Shown: positions 14,393-25,991, numbered from the stretch's first letter. The stretch: DNA of 64,000 bases from Macrostomum lignano (GCA_002269645.1 NIVC01000445.1:248001-312000); one strand, 5' to 3'. Numbers and translations: made by a program. The notes: generated from the letters alone by a model not told the origin.

Positions 14393-15050
14393 CTGTCTTT
14401 CAACTTGGCACAGTGTTTTCAACTTGTTGTGATGCAATCTTTATCAAAATCAGAATTCAGTCAGTCGGTTTTTTCTCTAGCATTCTTACAGCGCATTTCA
14501 AGTCGAAAGAGCTGCTTGACCTTTGCAAAAAAGCATGTTTTTCGAATATTTAATCCCTTTAGCATTGAAGCAGATTAAAGAAATTTTAACTGTCTTCTTT
14601 CCAGACAATTTTGAATGTTTTGGCGAAAACGCGATCAAAATCAGTGAAGAATTGCAATCTCTAGAGCGTTATGGACAAGCAAGCATTCAAACATACAAAG
14701 CTTAGAGATTTAGTATATTTACTGTCTTTCAACTTGGCACAGTGTTTTCAACTTGTTGTGATGCAATCTTTATCAAAATCAGAATTCAGTCAGTCGGTTT
14801 TTTCTCTAGCATTCTTACAGCGCATTTCAAGTCGAAAGAGCTGCTTGACCTTTGCAAAAAAGCATGTTTTTCGAATATTTAATCCCTTTAGCATTGAAGC
14901 AGATTAAAGAAATTTTAACTGTCTTCTTTCCAGACAATTTTGAATGTTTTGGCGAAAACGCGATCAAAATCAGTGAAGAATTGCAATCTCTAGAGCGTTA
15001 TGGACAAGCAAGCATTCAAACATACAAAGCTTAGAGATTTAGTATATTTA
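14393..15050. repeat. 329-bp tandem duplication of a Helitron 5'-terminal module (14393-14721, 14722-15050)
   Basis: The copies read identical by eye; ORF track calls repeat at a 329-nt offset. Confidence 0.92.
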
Positions 15051-15310
15051 GAAGATATAAATGATTTAGTATATTTAGATGGATACTAGCAATCTACGCC
15101 CCCCGTTGGGGAGCCAAAGAAATGCTATACACGTTTTTTTAATAAGCTACATGTATCCTTGAAATCTTAAAAAATCTCCTGTCAAACCTTGTAAGCCTTG
15201 ACATGTCAGTAATTCCCCCCCCCCCAGCTTTAACATATCAACTTCCCCCCTTGACATCTCAGCAATGCCCCCAATAAGCCTTGGAAATCTAAAAATATCT
15301 GTCAACCTTC

Positions 15311-15354
15311 TAACCCTAACCCTAACCCTAACCCTAACCCTAACCTAACCCTAA
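15311..15354. repeat. Interstitial telomere-type (TAACCC)n tract, about 7 units
   Basis: Five perfect TAACCC, one TAACC, one TAACCC, then TAA. Confidence 0.9.
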
Positions 15355-16249
15355 AGCATTGAAATTTCAGTAATTCTCTCTAAGAGTCATTATAGCACTA
15401 CTACAGCATTATAGCGATAAGCTTCGTTTATTTTTTACATAACGCTTTTTTTATCAGCGATCCCTCGCCTGAGGAGGCATCAAATAATGTAATAAAAAGT
15501 TTTCAATAAACTACATGTAGCTTCTGACTTTAGCCTTGAAATCTCATTTATACCCCCGTGAGCCTTGACATCTCAGCTATTCCCCCCCCCGTCCGTAAGC
15601 TTTGACATGTCAGCGATGGCCCCCATAAACCTTGAAATCTAAAAAATCCACTGTTAACCTTGAAACCCGATAAAATATAACCCTCAACCCACACCTGACC
15701 TAAACCTAACTTTAACCCAACCTAAAGCCTTGAAATCTCAGCAATTCTTCTCCCCTAAGCCTTGACATTTTAGTGATTCCTTCTTTAAGAATCACAGCAC
15801 TATAACGATTTCCACCAAGCTTTGACATCGTAGCAATTCCCAAATGAATCTTTTAACTTCGACATGACTTGTCTTTTATGTATACATAGTGCTACTTTTA
15901 TTTTTTACATGACTCTTCTTCTATCAGCACCCCCCATGGCGAGCCAACAAAGAATGCAATAAAAAATTGAGTAAAGTACATGAACTTTGAAGTAGCTTCT
16001 GACTTTTGCTTTGAGATCCCAGAAACAACCCCCCCCCCTCGTAATCTCAGTTATTCTCTGAGAGCCTTTACGTCTCAGTTTTTCTTCCCAGCACAGCATT
16101 ATAGCTGCATTTAATTTTTACATGACATCCTTCATGTCTGACATGACGCTTCTTTTGATTTTTACATTACACTTCTTTTATTCTTCCATGATGCTTCTTA
16201 ATTTTTTAAATGATGCTTTCATTAGTTTTTAAATGAGGCTTCTATGATT

Positions 16250-19073
16250 TTTTCATGACGCTTCTATGATTGTTTACATGACGCTTCTATGCTTTTTACA
16301 TGACGCTTCTATGCTTTTTACATGACGCTTCTATGATTATTTCATGACGCTTCGATGATTGTTTACATGACGCTTCTATGATTGTTTACATGACGCTTCT
16401 ATGATTGTTTACATGACGCTTCTATGATTTTTTACATGACGCTTCTATGATTGTTTACATGACGCTTCTATGATTGTTTACATGACGCTCCTATGATTTT
16501 TTACATGACGCTTCTATGATTGTTTACATGACGCTTCTATGATTGTTTACATGACCCTTCTTTGATTTTTTACATGACGCTTCTATAATTTTTTACATGA
16601 CGCTTCTATGATTTTTTACATGACGCTTCCATTATTTTTTACATGACGCTTCTATAATTCTTTACATGACGCTTCTATGATTTTTTTACATGACGCTTCT
16701 ATGATTTTTTACATGACGCTTCTATGATTGTTTACATGACGCTTCTATGATTTTTATATGACGCTTCTATGATTTTTTACATGACGCTTCTATGATTTTT
16801 TACATGACGCTTCTATGATTTTTTACATGACGCTTTTATGATTGTTTACATGACGCTTCTATGATTTTTTTATATGACGCTTCTATGATTGTTTACATGA
16901 CGCTTCTATGATTGTTTCATGACGCTTCTATGATTGTTTATATGACGCTTCTATCATTTTTACATAACGCTTCTATGATTGTTTCATGACGCTTCTATGA
17001 TTTTTACATGACGCTTCTATGATTGTTTCATGACGCTTCTATGATTTTTACATGACGCTTCTATGATTTTTATATGACGCTTCTACGATTTTTGCAGGAC
17101 GATTCTATGATTTTACATGACGCTTCTATGATTTTTACATGACGCTTCTATGATTGTTTACATGACGCTTCTATGATTTTTTATATGACGCTTCTATCAA
17201 TTTTACATAACGCTTCTATGATTTTTACATGACGCTTTTATGATTTTTTACATGACGCTACTATGATTTTTACATGACGCTTCTATGATTGTTTACATGA
17301 CGCTTCTAGGATTGTTTACATGACGCTTCAGGATTTTTACATGACGCTTCTATGATTGTTTCATGACGCTTCTATGATTGTTAACATGACGCTTCTATGA
17401 TTTTTATATGACGCTTCTACGATTTTTGCAGGACGATTCTATGATTTTACATGACGCTTCTATGATTGTTTACATGACGCTTCTATGATTTTTATATGAC
17501 GCTTCTATGATTTTTTACATGACGCTTCTATGATTTTTTACATGACGCTTCTATGATTTTTTACATGACGCTTCTATGATTGTTTACATAACGCTTCTAT
17601 GATTTTTATCTGACGCTTTTATGATTTTTTACATGACGCTACTATGATTTTTACATGACGCTACTATGATTTTTACATGACGCTTCTATGATTGTTTACA
17701 TGACACTTCTATGATTGTTTATATGACGCTTCTATCATTTTTACATAACGCTTCTATGATTATTACATTAAGCTTCTACGATTTTTACATGACGCTTCTA
17801 TGATTTTTTACATGACGCTTTTATGATTTTTTACATGACGCTTTTATGATTTTTTACATGACGCTTCTACGAGTTTTTGCAGGACGATTCTATGATTTTA
17901 CATGACGCTTCTATGATTTTACATGACGCTTCTATGATTTCTACATGACGTTTCTATGATTTTTTACATGACGCTTCTATGATTGTTTCATGACGCTTCT
18001 ATGATTGTTTACATGACGCTTCTATGATTGTTTCATGACGCTTCTATGATTGTTTACATGACGCTTCTATGATTGTTTACATGACGCTTCTATGATTGTT
18101 TACATGACGCTTCTATGATTGTTTACATGACGCTTCTATGATTGTTTACATGACGCTTCTATGATTTATACATGACGCTACTATGATTTTTACATGACGC
18201 TTTTATGATTTTTTACATAACGCTACTATGATTTTTACATGACGCTACTATGATTTTTACATGACGCTTCTATGATTTTTACATGACGCTTCTATGATTT
18301 TTTACATGACACTTCTATGATTGTTTCATGACGCTTTTATGATTGTTTACATGACGCTTCTATGATTGTTTATATGACGCTTCTATGATTTTTACATGAC
18401 GCTTCTATGATTGTTTCATGACGCTTCTATGACTGTTTACATGACGCTTCTATGATTGTTTATATGACGCTTCTATCATTTTTACATAACGCTTCTATGA
18501 TTATTACATGAAGCTTCTACGATTTTTACATGACGCTTCTATGATTTTTTACATGACGCTTTTATGATTTTTTACATGACGCTTCTACGAGGTTTTGCAG
18601 GACGATTCTATGATTTTACATGACTCTTCTATGATTTTTACATGACGTTTCTATGATTTTTTACATGACGCTTCTATGATTGTTTCATGACGCTTCTATG
18701 ATTGTTTACATGACGCTTCTATGATTGTTTACATGACGCTTCTATGATTGTTTACATGACGCTTCTATGATTGTTTACATGACGCTTTTATGATTGTTTA
18801 CATGACGCTTCTATGATTTTTACATGACGCTACTATGATTTTTACATGACGCTTTTATGATTTTTTACATGACGCTACTATGATTTTTACATGACGCTAC
18901 TATGATTTTTACATGACGCTTTTATGATTGTTTACATGACGCTTCTATGATTTTTACATGACGCTACTATGATTTTTACATGACGCTTTTATGATTTTTA
19001 CATGACGCTTTTATGATTTTTTACATGACGCTACTATGATTTTTACATGACGCTTCTATGATTGTTTACATGA
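16250..19073. repeat. Satellite A array, left part (interrupted by Gypsy)
   Basis: Same 22-23-bp unit as 1-2433. Confidence 0.97.
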
Positions 19074-19462
19074 TGTGACGACGTCGTTAGCATCTTAAAT
19101 TTTTAGTTTCTATGTGAGTTTTTATTACTTAAAATTATTGTAGTTGAGTAATTTGCAGGTTCCCCAGCTATTAATTTAATGTAATTTATTTAGAAAAAAA
19201 TGTACTTTAAGTTTTATTTATTTAAGTCCAAGTTATTACTACTTTTTTGATAGATATCTTAGGTTTAAATGAATCGGATTTCCCCGCCAATTTAAATGTT
19301 GCCTCGCGCTCGTTAATTGTACTTTCCTCTACTCGGCGTTTTGTCTCGTGCCCTGCGTGTCAACACTACTACTAATTGAACTAGCTAACGAATAAATAAT
19401 TAAATAAATGATTAATTAAATAATCGCTTACTAAATCTCGAACTCGCTACGTCTACGCCACA
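19074..19462 (+). repeat. 5' LTR (389 bp)
   Basis: TGTGACG...GCCACA; by eye differs from the 3' LTR only by one T in a homopolymer (T6 vs T5). Confidence 0.97.
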
Positions 19463-19465
19463 TTT

Positions 19466-19482
19466 TGGAGGTCCCACCGAGA
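19466..19482 (+). promoter_or_regulatory. Primer-binding site complementary to the 3' end of tRNA-Gln
   Basis: TGGAGGTCCCACCGAGA is the reverse complement of TCTCGGTGGGACCT-CCA, the 3' end of metazoan tRNA-Gln as I recall it; 3 nt downstream of the LTR. Confidence 0.85.
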
Positions 19483-20135
19483 CATCATTTACAATTGGCC
19501 CGCCTATCCAATCGTCAGTTCTTCGATAAACCGTTGACTTCATCTATTCATTGTCTGAACCGGCTAGTTCATTGTCGCCAACTGCCACCGCCACCTGCCA
19601 TTATCATCGTCGAATTTCTACTTGCTGTCGCCTGTTGACGTCGCCGCAAACCATCGCCACCGTAGTCCATTGTCGTCCTCTCGCCGTCGCCAACCGTATC
19701 ACGCTGTAATCGCCATCACTGGCGGACACCACCGAGACCTGATGCGTCACCAGTCTTTGCTGACTGGAATCACCAACAAGAATCTGCTGGAATTTGCGAA
19801 CAACACGGCCCGCTGAGCTGCCTAGTATCCTGCCAACGACGGCCGAGGCCACAACGTGTCCTACTGAATCCCGATCGACAACCTGAGTGTCCAGCTGCCG
19901 GATTGTTCCTGGTGAGCACGCACGCTGCCTGCCTTTAGTATAGGGACCGTGTCTGGTGGAATAGCATTAGCGGATTGCTTGTTCTAGGGCTGTAGGAGTA
20001 GGTCACCCTGGGTTCAGTGCTTCCCCCCACCAGACACTTTTGGCGTGTTAGTGTTAGTGTTGCTTCTTTCCTTCGTGACTCCATCTCTTCTTGTAATTTG
20101 TTTACTTATTCCTTCTCTGCTCTGTATTTTCTGAG

Positions 20136-23100
20136 ATGTCTGACACAGAGGATGATGGGGGTGGAGCGACTAATGGAGGTCCTGACCATCCCTTTAGTGT
20201 TGCCGAAGCTGGCCAGCCCCAGCAGCAGCCAGCCGAAGTCAAGAGAGAGGATGCTGTCACACACAATGCTCTTGCTGATGCATTGGCTTCGTTACATCGA
20301 CTGATTGATTTGAAACTAACTGGCGACAGTCCCAACTCCTTGCCTGTCAAGAGTGAAGATGTCTTGGCTGTCCGCCTTCGGCCACCTGTACCTTTCAGTG
20401 CAAAATTGAACTTTGATATCTGGGAGGCTCAGTTCCTTGCATATTTAGAAGCCCACAGGGTTCCGGAAAAACAGGAGACAGCTGTCCTGTTAAGCCTTCT
20501 GGCGCCAGAATGTCAAGAGTTTTTTTTTAATAATCAGTTGAAAGGAAAGAGCTGCCAAGACGCACTAAAAGCTCTCCGTTCTCGTTATACGGAGTCAAAT
20601 GTCAGCGAAAAAAGCTACATGGAGCTTGTTGCTGCCTATCAGACTGAGCAGGAATCCATCTCAGAGTTCTACGATAGATTGTTGTGTTATGCGCGTGCTG
20701 CTAAGGTGTCCGTTAGTGAAGCTGAACCCCTGATGAGGGCTAGATTTTGCTACGGTCTTAGAGACAAGGCGCTTGCCGAAAAGTTGCTGCTCTGGTCCCG
20801 CGGGGTTGTTGGGGGTGTGTCCTCAGCTGACCTCGCCCGCAAGGCCAATGAGATGATTGGTGTGCACCAGCTGTTGCAGCCCCAGCCGCCAGTGAACCTC
20901 CGGGCTGTTGACAACGAGAAAGCAGCACTTGAAGCGCGCATCCGTGATCTTGAGAAAAGGCTTCAGCAACAAGAACTGAGACTGCAAGAATCAGGTGGCC
21001 ATTCAAACTTGCCGACTGCAAACATCAGGGCTGCTCAGAGGGGCTATGGGAAGGCTCAAGGCCCAGTTGCTAAGCAGAGAGCATGCTATCGCTGTGGTCA
21101 AACTGGCCACCTAGTTGCTGACTGCCCTTCACCACCTTCATCTGGGGAAAATTCTAGGTTTAAAAGGTCTAGCCAAGACCCAAGGGCCCAGCAGTCTGCC
21201 TCAGAGACTGGGGCCATCTCTGTAGCCAGGGGAAACTATGGCTTCATTCAATCTGAGCAACTCAACGAGCAACTTTTTTTTCACATGGGTGAACTTTCTC
21301 CTGCCCTTCGCAAACTTGCTGAACAGCACCAGCTGGCTGGAACTCGTGTCCAGTTCCGAAGGCAGGTAGATACAGGCCGCAAACATGATCAAGCCTGTGA
21401 CATCAAGCCTATTTCAGAGTCTGCCCATGCTTTCCGTGCTCAGTCGGGAATCGGTGGCACTGAAATTGAGTCGAGCTACTTTGTCCAGCTCCTCATCGGT
21501 GATAAACAGGTTATGGCTTGCCTCGACTCGGGTGCCAATGCGAGCATGCTGGGAAAGCAGGTCATGAATCGCCTAGTTGAAGCAGACCCAGTTAACAATA
21601 CTTTCACACCAGCACGAAATCCAAGCAGTGCAACGGCTTTCAATGGGTCCAAAACACGAATCTTGGGCTCCCTGCGGTGTGATGTCAAACTAGGAAAGGT
21701 AGTCAAGCCACACCAATTTCTGGTCACTGAAGAGTCTAGCACTGAAGCCCTTCTAGGAGTTGACTTCTTGCGCAGCTTTTCAGTGCTGCTGGATTTCATT
21801 GAGGGCAGAGTTGTGGTCTCAGGAGAGTCAGTTCCAGTGGTCGAAGGAGATCACGGCATTTATCGAATTCGCCGCGTCCTTGCAGCAAGCTCTCTCGACT
21901 TGCCACCGCGATCCGAGACACTGATCCCCAGTCGAGTGCTTGATCCATCACCATGTGCTCAAGGCATCGTGTCATCTAAGCTATTCAACACAGACTCTGA
22001 GTGCTTTGTAGCCAGGTCTATCGATAGTGTTAGCACATCAAGTCATGTCTTAGTCCGTCTCCTTAATAGTAGCGATCAACCGTCCCGGATCGAAAAGGGT
22101 CAGGAGATCGCATCGTTTCAAGAGCTAGGCTTAGGGGAAGTTGTCGCTCAGACCGCCTTGACGGAGAGCGATTTTGCCATTGACAATGCTCAGAACCTCA
22201 ATAGTAAATTATCTAAACTACCGGCTCCTGATAAAAGTATCGCAGCATGGCTAACCCAACAATTTCATCTTGATAAGACTAGCTTAACACAGACACAGCT
22301 GGCAACCACACTAAAGCTGCTGAATCACTTCATGAGCCAAATTTCACGAAGCGACACTGATCTTGGTAAAACTAGTCTTCAAGAGATGGCGATTGAGCTT
22401 CAAGACAAGAACACCAGACCAATTGCTCTCGCATCCCGTCGCACAACACCGAGTCAAAAAGTTTTCTTAGATAAGCACATCACTCAACTACTAGAGCAGG
22501 GAGTAATAGAAGAATGTGACTCAGAATGGTCCTCACCGATAGTTCTTGTAAAGAAAAAGGATGGGTCTCAACGACTGTGCATCGACTATAGATCAGTAAA
22601 TAAGCTGATCAAGCCATGTAGTTTTCCCCTTCCGCTGATTGAGGAGTCTTTTGATAGCCTCGCCGGTTCAGCTGTCTTCTCGAGCCTCGATCTAACATCA
22701 GCGTACTGGCAAATGGGCATTCGAGAGGAAGATCGGGATCTAACCGCCTTCTCATGCCCTCAGGGGACATTCCGCTGGAGAGTCGTGCCTTTTGGTATAA
22801 AAACGGCGCCAGCTAATTTCGCAAAACTGATGCACCGAGTCTTTCGCCCCCTCCTAATGAAAGTCAGCTTGATTTATTTGGATGACATAATAATCAAAGG
22901 TCTTAACAATGATCAGATGATCAGCCACTTGGCCATGGTGCTCTGGCAGCTCCGAAAAGCCAACTTAAAGATTAAGCCGTCCAAATGTGAACTCTTTAAG
23001 GAGAAAGTGTCCTTCCTAGGCTTTATCGTCTCTGCCAAGGGGATTGAGGCGGATCCTAAAAAGACGCAAGCAGTCCAGGACTGGTGTACACCAACCGATA

Positions 23101-25991
23101 AGCGCCAGCTTCTTTCTTTCTTAGGATTCGCAAATTATTACAGGAAATTCGTGCCACGCTTTTCCATTCTTGCAACACCGTTGTATGCACTGGCTAAGGG
23201 CTCAGAAAGATTCCAGTGGCTGGACTGCCACGAGTGCGCCTTCCAAGAGCTCAAGAAGAATCTTTGCTCGCCGCCAGTTCTTGCATACCCTGACTTGTCT
23301 CCACATGGCAACCAGTTTATCCTAGACTGTGATAGCTCGTTAGACGGTGTCGGTGCTGTCCTGTCACAGGAAGGTGCTGCTGGCACGGAGCATGTCATAG
23401 CCTATGCATCAAAGAAATTCTCTGCCAGCCAAAGAAATTATTGTGCGACTATGCGGGAACTCCTCGGGCTCGTATTGATGCTCGAACATTTTAGGACGTA
23501 CTTGCTGGACAAGCCCTTCCTCGTGCGAACTGATGCAGCCGCCTTGCAGTGGCTGCATTCTAAGAAAAGTGCCACTGGCATGCTAGCCCAGTGGCTGGTC
23601 ACAATAGAGTTGTTTGACTTTAAGATCCAGCAGTCGACTCTAGAGCGGTTGGCTGAGTATGACTTCCAGATCCAGTACAGACCGGGGAAGGAAATTGTGA
23701 ACGCAGATGTCCTCAGCCGTAACCCGAGATTCCGAGCTGACCACTTCGATTGCCCCTCTTGCTCGAAGGTCCCAGAGTTTCAGGAAAAGTTCAAACGCAA
23801 TCTGAAGTCCGCCCAAGCCGACGCAGAAGTCCGCAAGATTAGTGTGCAGCGAACTACAGTAGATTCTAGTAGCCAAACCGAATGGGAGGAGGTAGTCGAC
23901 GAGTCTGTCGCTAACGAAGAAGCAATTATCAATGTAGACTTGAATCGGACTTCCGCCGCTGCGGTTTTAGCACAGCCAAACGAAGCTCTTGAACAGTCGG
24001 ATGAAAACGTTGAAGAGGAAGACGAGGATGCCCAGGACTTAGAATGGGCCAGAGAGGCTCAAGAGTCTTGCATCGACCTGATTCGCTTGATTGAAAGCGT
24101 AAAGGGCAAAGCACCTAAGCTGTCCAAGTTTGATCTTCAGGGCTGTAGTCGAGAGATCCGTGCGCTTTGGGCCCAGTTCGAGGAGCTAAGCATCGAGCAC
24201 GGGCTACTATACCAGCGCAAACAGGCCACTAAGACTAAAATTACAACACGGGTGTTAGTAATACCAGAAACTGCAAACATCAGTGAGATAGTAACAAGAT
24301 ATCACAAAGAAATTAATCACTGCGGCATCACTAAGACAATCGCCGCTGTTCGAAATCGCTTTGCTATCTCTGATCTAGACACCTACGTGAAAGAAACTAT
24401 CGCAGAGTGTGAAGTTTGCGCGCGAACTAAAAAATCAAAACGAAAGAATAAGGAGCCAATGCAGCCTGAGCTGTCGGGGTTCCCTAATCAAGTAGTCCAC
24501 ATCGACCATGCCGGGCCTTTCCCCGAACATTCCGGGTTGAAATACTTGCTCGTAATGGTCGATCGTTTCTCGGGATTTGTCGAAGTAACACCGGTCACAG
24601 ACGTTTCCGCAGAGACCACAGCAACGGCTCTATTGACTGAATGGGTAGTAAGATATGGCGCTATGGAGCAGCTGGTGTCCGATAACGGCACAGCATTCAT
24701 AAACAGCGTCATGGCCGAACTGACTCGCCTTCTCGAGGTTGAAATGGTGCGCATAACAGCTCGGCGCCCCCAAGCAAATGGGAAAGTCGAAAGAATGATA
24801 CAGACTATCAAATCGCAAATTCGAGCTGTCTGTCTTGAACGGCAGTTTGACTGGCCACTCGCAGCTCGCTTAGCTTCGCTGTCCATCCGCGCAACAGTGG
24901 CTGAGTCGACTGGGTTTTCACCAGCAAAACTTTTTTTTGGCCGTGAACTGTCCTTGCTGCTCGACCTAGTCTACTGCCCCCCAGCGCGGGATAGTTATAG
25001 TCCAGAGCAGTACGCTCACTACTTGCATAGACTACTGGTGGAGGTCTCGGCCAAAGCCCGCCAAACTCGAGGTAGAGCTCAAGAGCGTCAAAAGCGCCTC
25101 TATGATCGAAGCGCGTTGCATTCCAACTTTGAAGTCGGTGAAATTGTATGGGTCTTAAACTCAAATCACAGGGGCTTAGATACGGCCGTGTGGCTCGGAC
25201 CTTACAGAGTGAGCCAAAAGATTTCTGAACGGAACTACCGGCTGGTCCCAGAAGCTGGCCTTCAAAACCCATCTGAGCGATTGCCGAACCCGAAACACAA
25301 TGTATACAACGTTGATAGAATAAAGCGCTGCATTCGCAAACCAACCTACCAGGGTAACATCGATTGCTACGGTGGTCGTGGGGCAGAGCAGATTGGCTCC
25401 TCTCGGTTGAGCTTGAATGACAGTCAGTCAAGTTGCCACGACCTGCTTCCAATCTCTCCAGCCGCCCGTGGCGATCGCATTTCATCTTCACCCACGTCGA
25501 GCTCGAGCAGTGAGCAGTCTGAACGGTCATTAGAAACGCACTCGAGTTCACCCTCGTCAGGTCAGTTAGCACCTAAACTACCCTCGCCGTCGTCCGAGTC
25601 CGCTGGCAGCGACTCATCCACGGCGTCGGGTCGAGCATCAGCTCGGGGGACGGGGGACGAGCAAGAGCAAGCTGAAATAGCCGAAGTCACTGACTCATCC
25701 GCACCAGCACAAGCTGAGCCAGTCCGCACCAGCACGTCAGTAGAAGTTGAACCTGTTGCTTCAGCGGCAGAGCCTGCTATATCTGGTAATGAGGCGGAGC
25801 CGGTCTTGCAGGTAGAGTCTGTTGACGATGTCTCAGAGCGGGACAGTAGCATTACCACCCCTTCTGCAGCAACAGTAGGGCAACAACCAGGTGTCAGAAC
25901 GCGCTCAGGCAGAACAGTGCGCAAGCCGATCAGGTTCAGGTCCTGTATCGGTACGTCAATAGTAAACCTTCTCATGCAGCAACTCATGTAG
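20136..25991 (+). CDS. Gag-Pol polyprotein, 1951 aa, uninterrupted
   Basis: CCHC knuckle CYRCGQTGHLVADC; protease LDSGA; RT LDLTSAYWQ and YLDDII; RNase H DCDSSLDGVGAVL...NADVLSR; integrase HHCC and core motifs (HIDH, DNG, NGKVER). Confidence 0.97.
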   Translation: MSDTEDDGGGATNGGPDHPFSVAEAGQPQQQPAEVKREDAVTHNALADALASLHRLIDLKLTGDSPNSLPVKSEDVLAVRLRPPVPFSAKLNFDIWEAQFLAYLEAHRVPEKQETAVLLSLLAPECQEFFFNNQLKGKSCQDALKALRSRYTESNVSEKSYMELVAAYQTEQESISEFYDRLLCYARAAKVSVSEAEPLMRARFCYGLRDKALAEKLLLWSRGVVGGVSSADLARKANEMIGVHQLLQPQPPVNLRAVDNEKAALEARIRDLEKRLQQQELRLQESGGHSNLPTANIRAAQRGYGKAQGPVAKQRACYRCGQTGHLVADCPSPPSSGENSRFKRSSQDPRAQQSASETGAISVARGNYGFIQSEQLNEQLFFHMGELSPALRKLAEQHQLAGTRVQFRRQVDTGRKHDQACDIKPISESAHAFRAQSGIGGTEIESSYFVQLLIGDKQVMACLDSGANASMLGKQVMNRLVEADPVNNTFTPARNPSSATAFNGSKTRILGSLRCDVKLGKVVKPHQFLVTEESSTEALLGVDFLRSFSVLLDFIEGRVVVSGESVPVVEGDHGIYRIRRVLAASSLDLPPRSETLIPSRVLDPSPCAQGIVSSKLFNTDSECFVARSIDSVSTSSHVLVRLLNSSDQPSRIEKGQEIASFQELGLGEVVAQTALTESDFAIDNAQNLNSKLSKLPAPDKSIAAWLTQQFHLDKTSLTQTQLATTLKLLNHFMSQISRSDTDLGKTSLQEMAIELQDKNTRPIALASRRTTPSQKVFLDKHITQLLEQGVIEECDSEWSSPIVLVKKKDGSQRLCIDYRSVNKLIKPCSFPLPLIEESFDSLAGSAVFSSLDLTSAYWQMGIREEDRDLTAFSCPQGTFRWRVVPFGIKTAPANFAKLMHRVFRPLLMKVSLIYLDDIIIKGLNNDQMISHLAMVLWQLRKANLKIKPSKCELFKEKVSFLGFIVSAKGIEADPKKTQAVQDWCTPTDKRQLLSFLGFANYYRKFVPRFSILATPLYALAKGSERFQWLDCHECAFQELKKNLCSPPVLAYPDLSPHGNQFILDCDSSLDGVGAVLSQEGAAGTEHVIAYASKKFSASQRNYCATMRELLGLVLMLEHFRTYLLDKPFLVRTDAAALQWLHSKKSATGMLAQWLVTIELFDFKIQQSTLERLAEYDFQIQYRPGKEIVNADVLSRNPRFRADHFDCPSCSKVPEFQEKFKRNLKSAQADAEVRKISVQRTTVDSSSQTEWEEVVDESVANEEAIINVDLNRTSAAAVLAQPNEALEQSDENVEEEDEDAQDLEWAREAQESCIDLIRLIESVKGKAPKLSKFDLQGCSREIRALWAQFEELSIEHGLLYQRKQATKTKITTRVLVIPETANISEIVTRYHKEINHCGITKTIAAVRNRFAISDLDTYVKETIAECEVCARTKKSKRKNKEPMQPELSGFPNQVVHIDHAGPFPEHSGLKYLLVMVDRFSGFVEVTPVTDVSAETTATALLTEWVVRYGAMEQLVSDNGTAFINSVMAELTRLLEVEMVRITARRPQANGKVERMIQTIKSQIRAVCLERQFDWPLAARLASLSIRATVAESTGFSPAKLFFGRELSLLLDLVYCPPARDSYSPEQYAHYLHRLLVEVSAKARQTRGRAQERQKRLYDRSALHSNFEVGEIVWVLNSNHRGLDTAVWLGPYRVSQKISERNYRLVPEAGLQNPSERLPNPKHNVYNVDRIKRCIRKPTYQGNIDCYGGRGAEQIGSSRLSLNDSQSSCHDLLPISPAARGDRISSSPTSSSSSEQSERSLETHSSSPSSGQLAPKLPSPSSESAGSDSSTASGRASARGTGDEQEQAEIAEVTDSSAPAQAEPVRTSTSVEVEPVASAAEPAISGNEAEPVLQVESVDDVSERDSSITTPSAATVGQQPGVRTRSGRTVRKPIRFRSCIGTSIVNLLMQQLM

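Larger units (their letters stand above)
9253..15085 (-). mobile_element. Composite Helitron-like unit E3 (diverged subfamily, more than one 5' module)
   Basis: 3' hairpin GCTCCCC-AGA-GGGGGGC plus CTAG at 9253-9256; satellite D; tRNA-like module 13710-13788; 5' modules ending TCTAAATATACTAAATC near 15050-15080; body shares the TTTTTCGAATATTTAATC block with E1/E2/E4/E5. Confidence 0.6.

Noticed and set aside
24808-25572. 254-aa antisense ORF in the Gypsy integrase region
   Set aside because: Shadow frame of a long coding sequence; no recognisable motifs.
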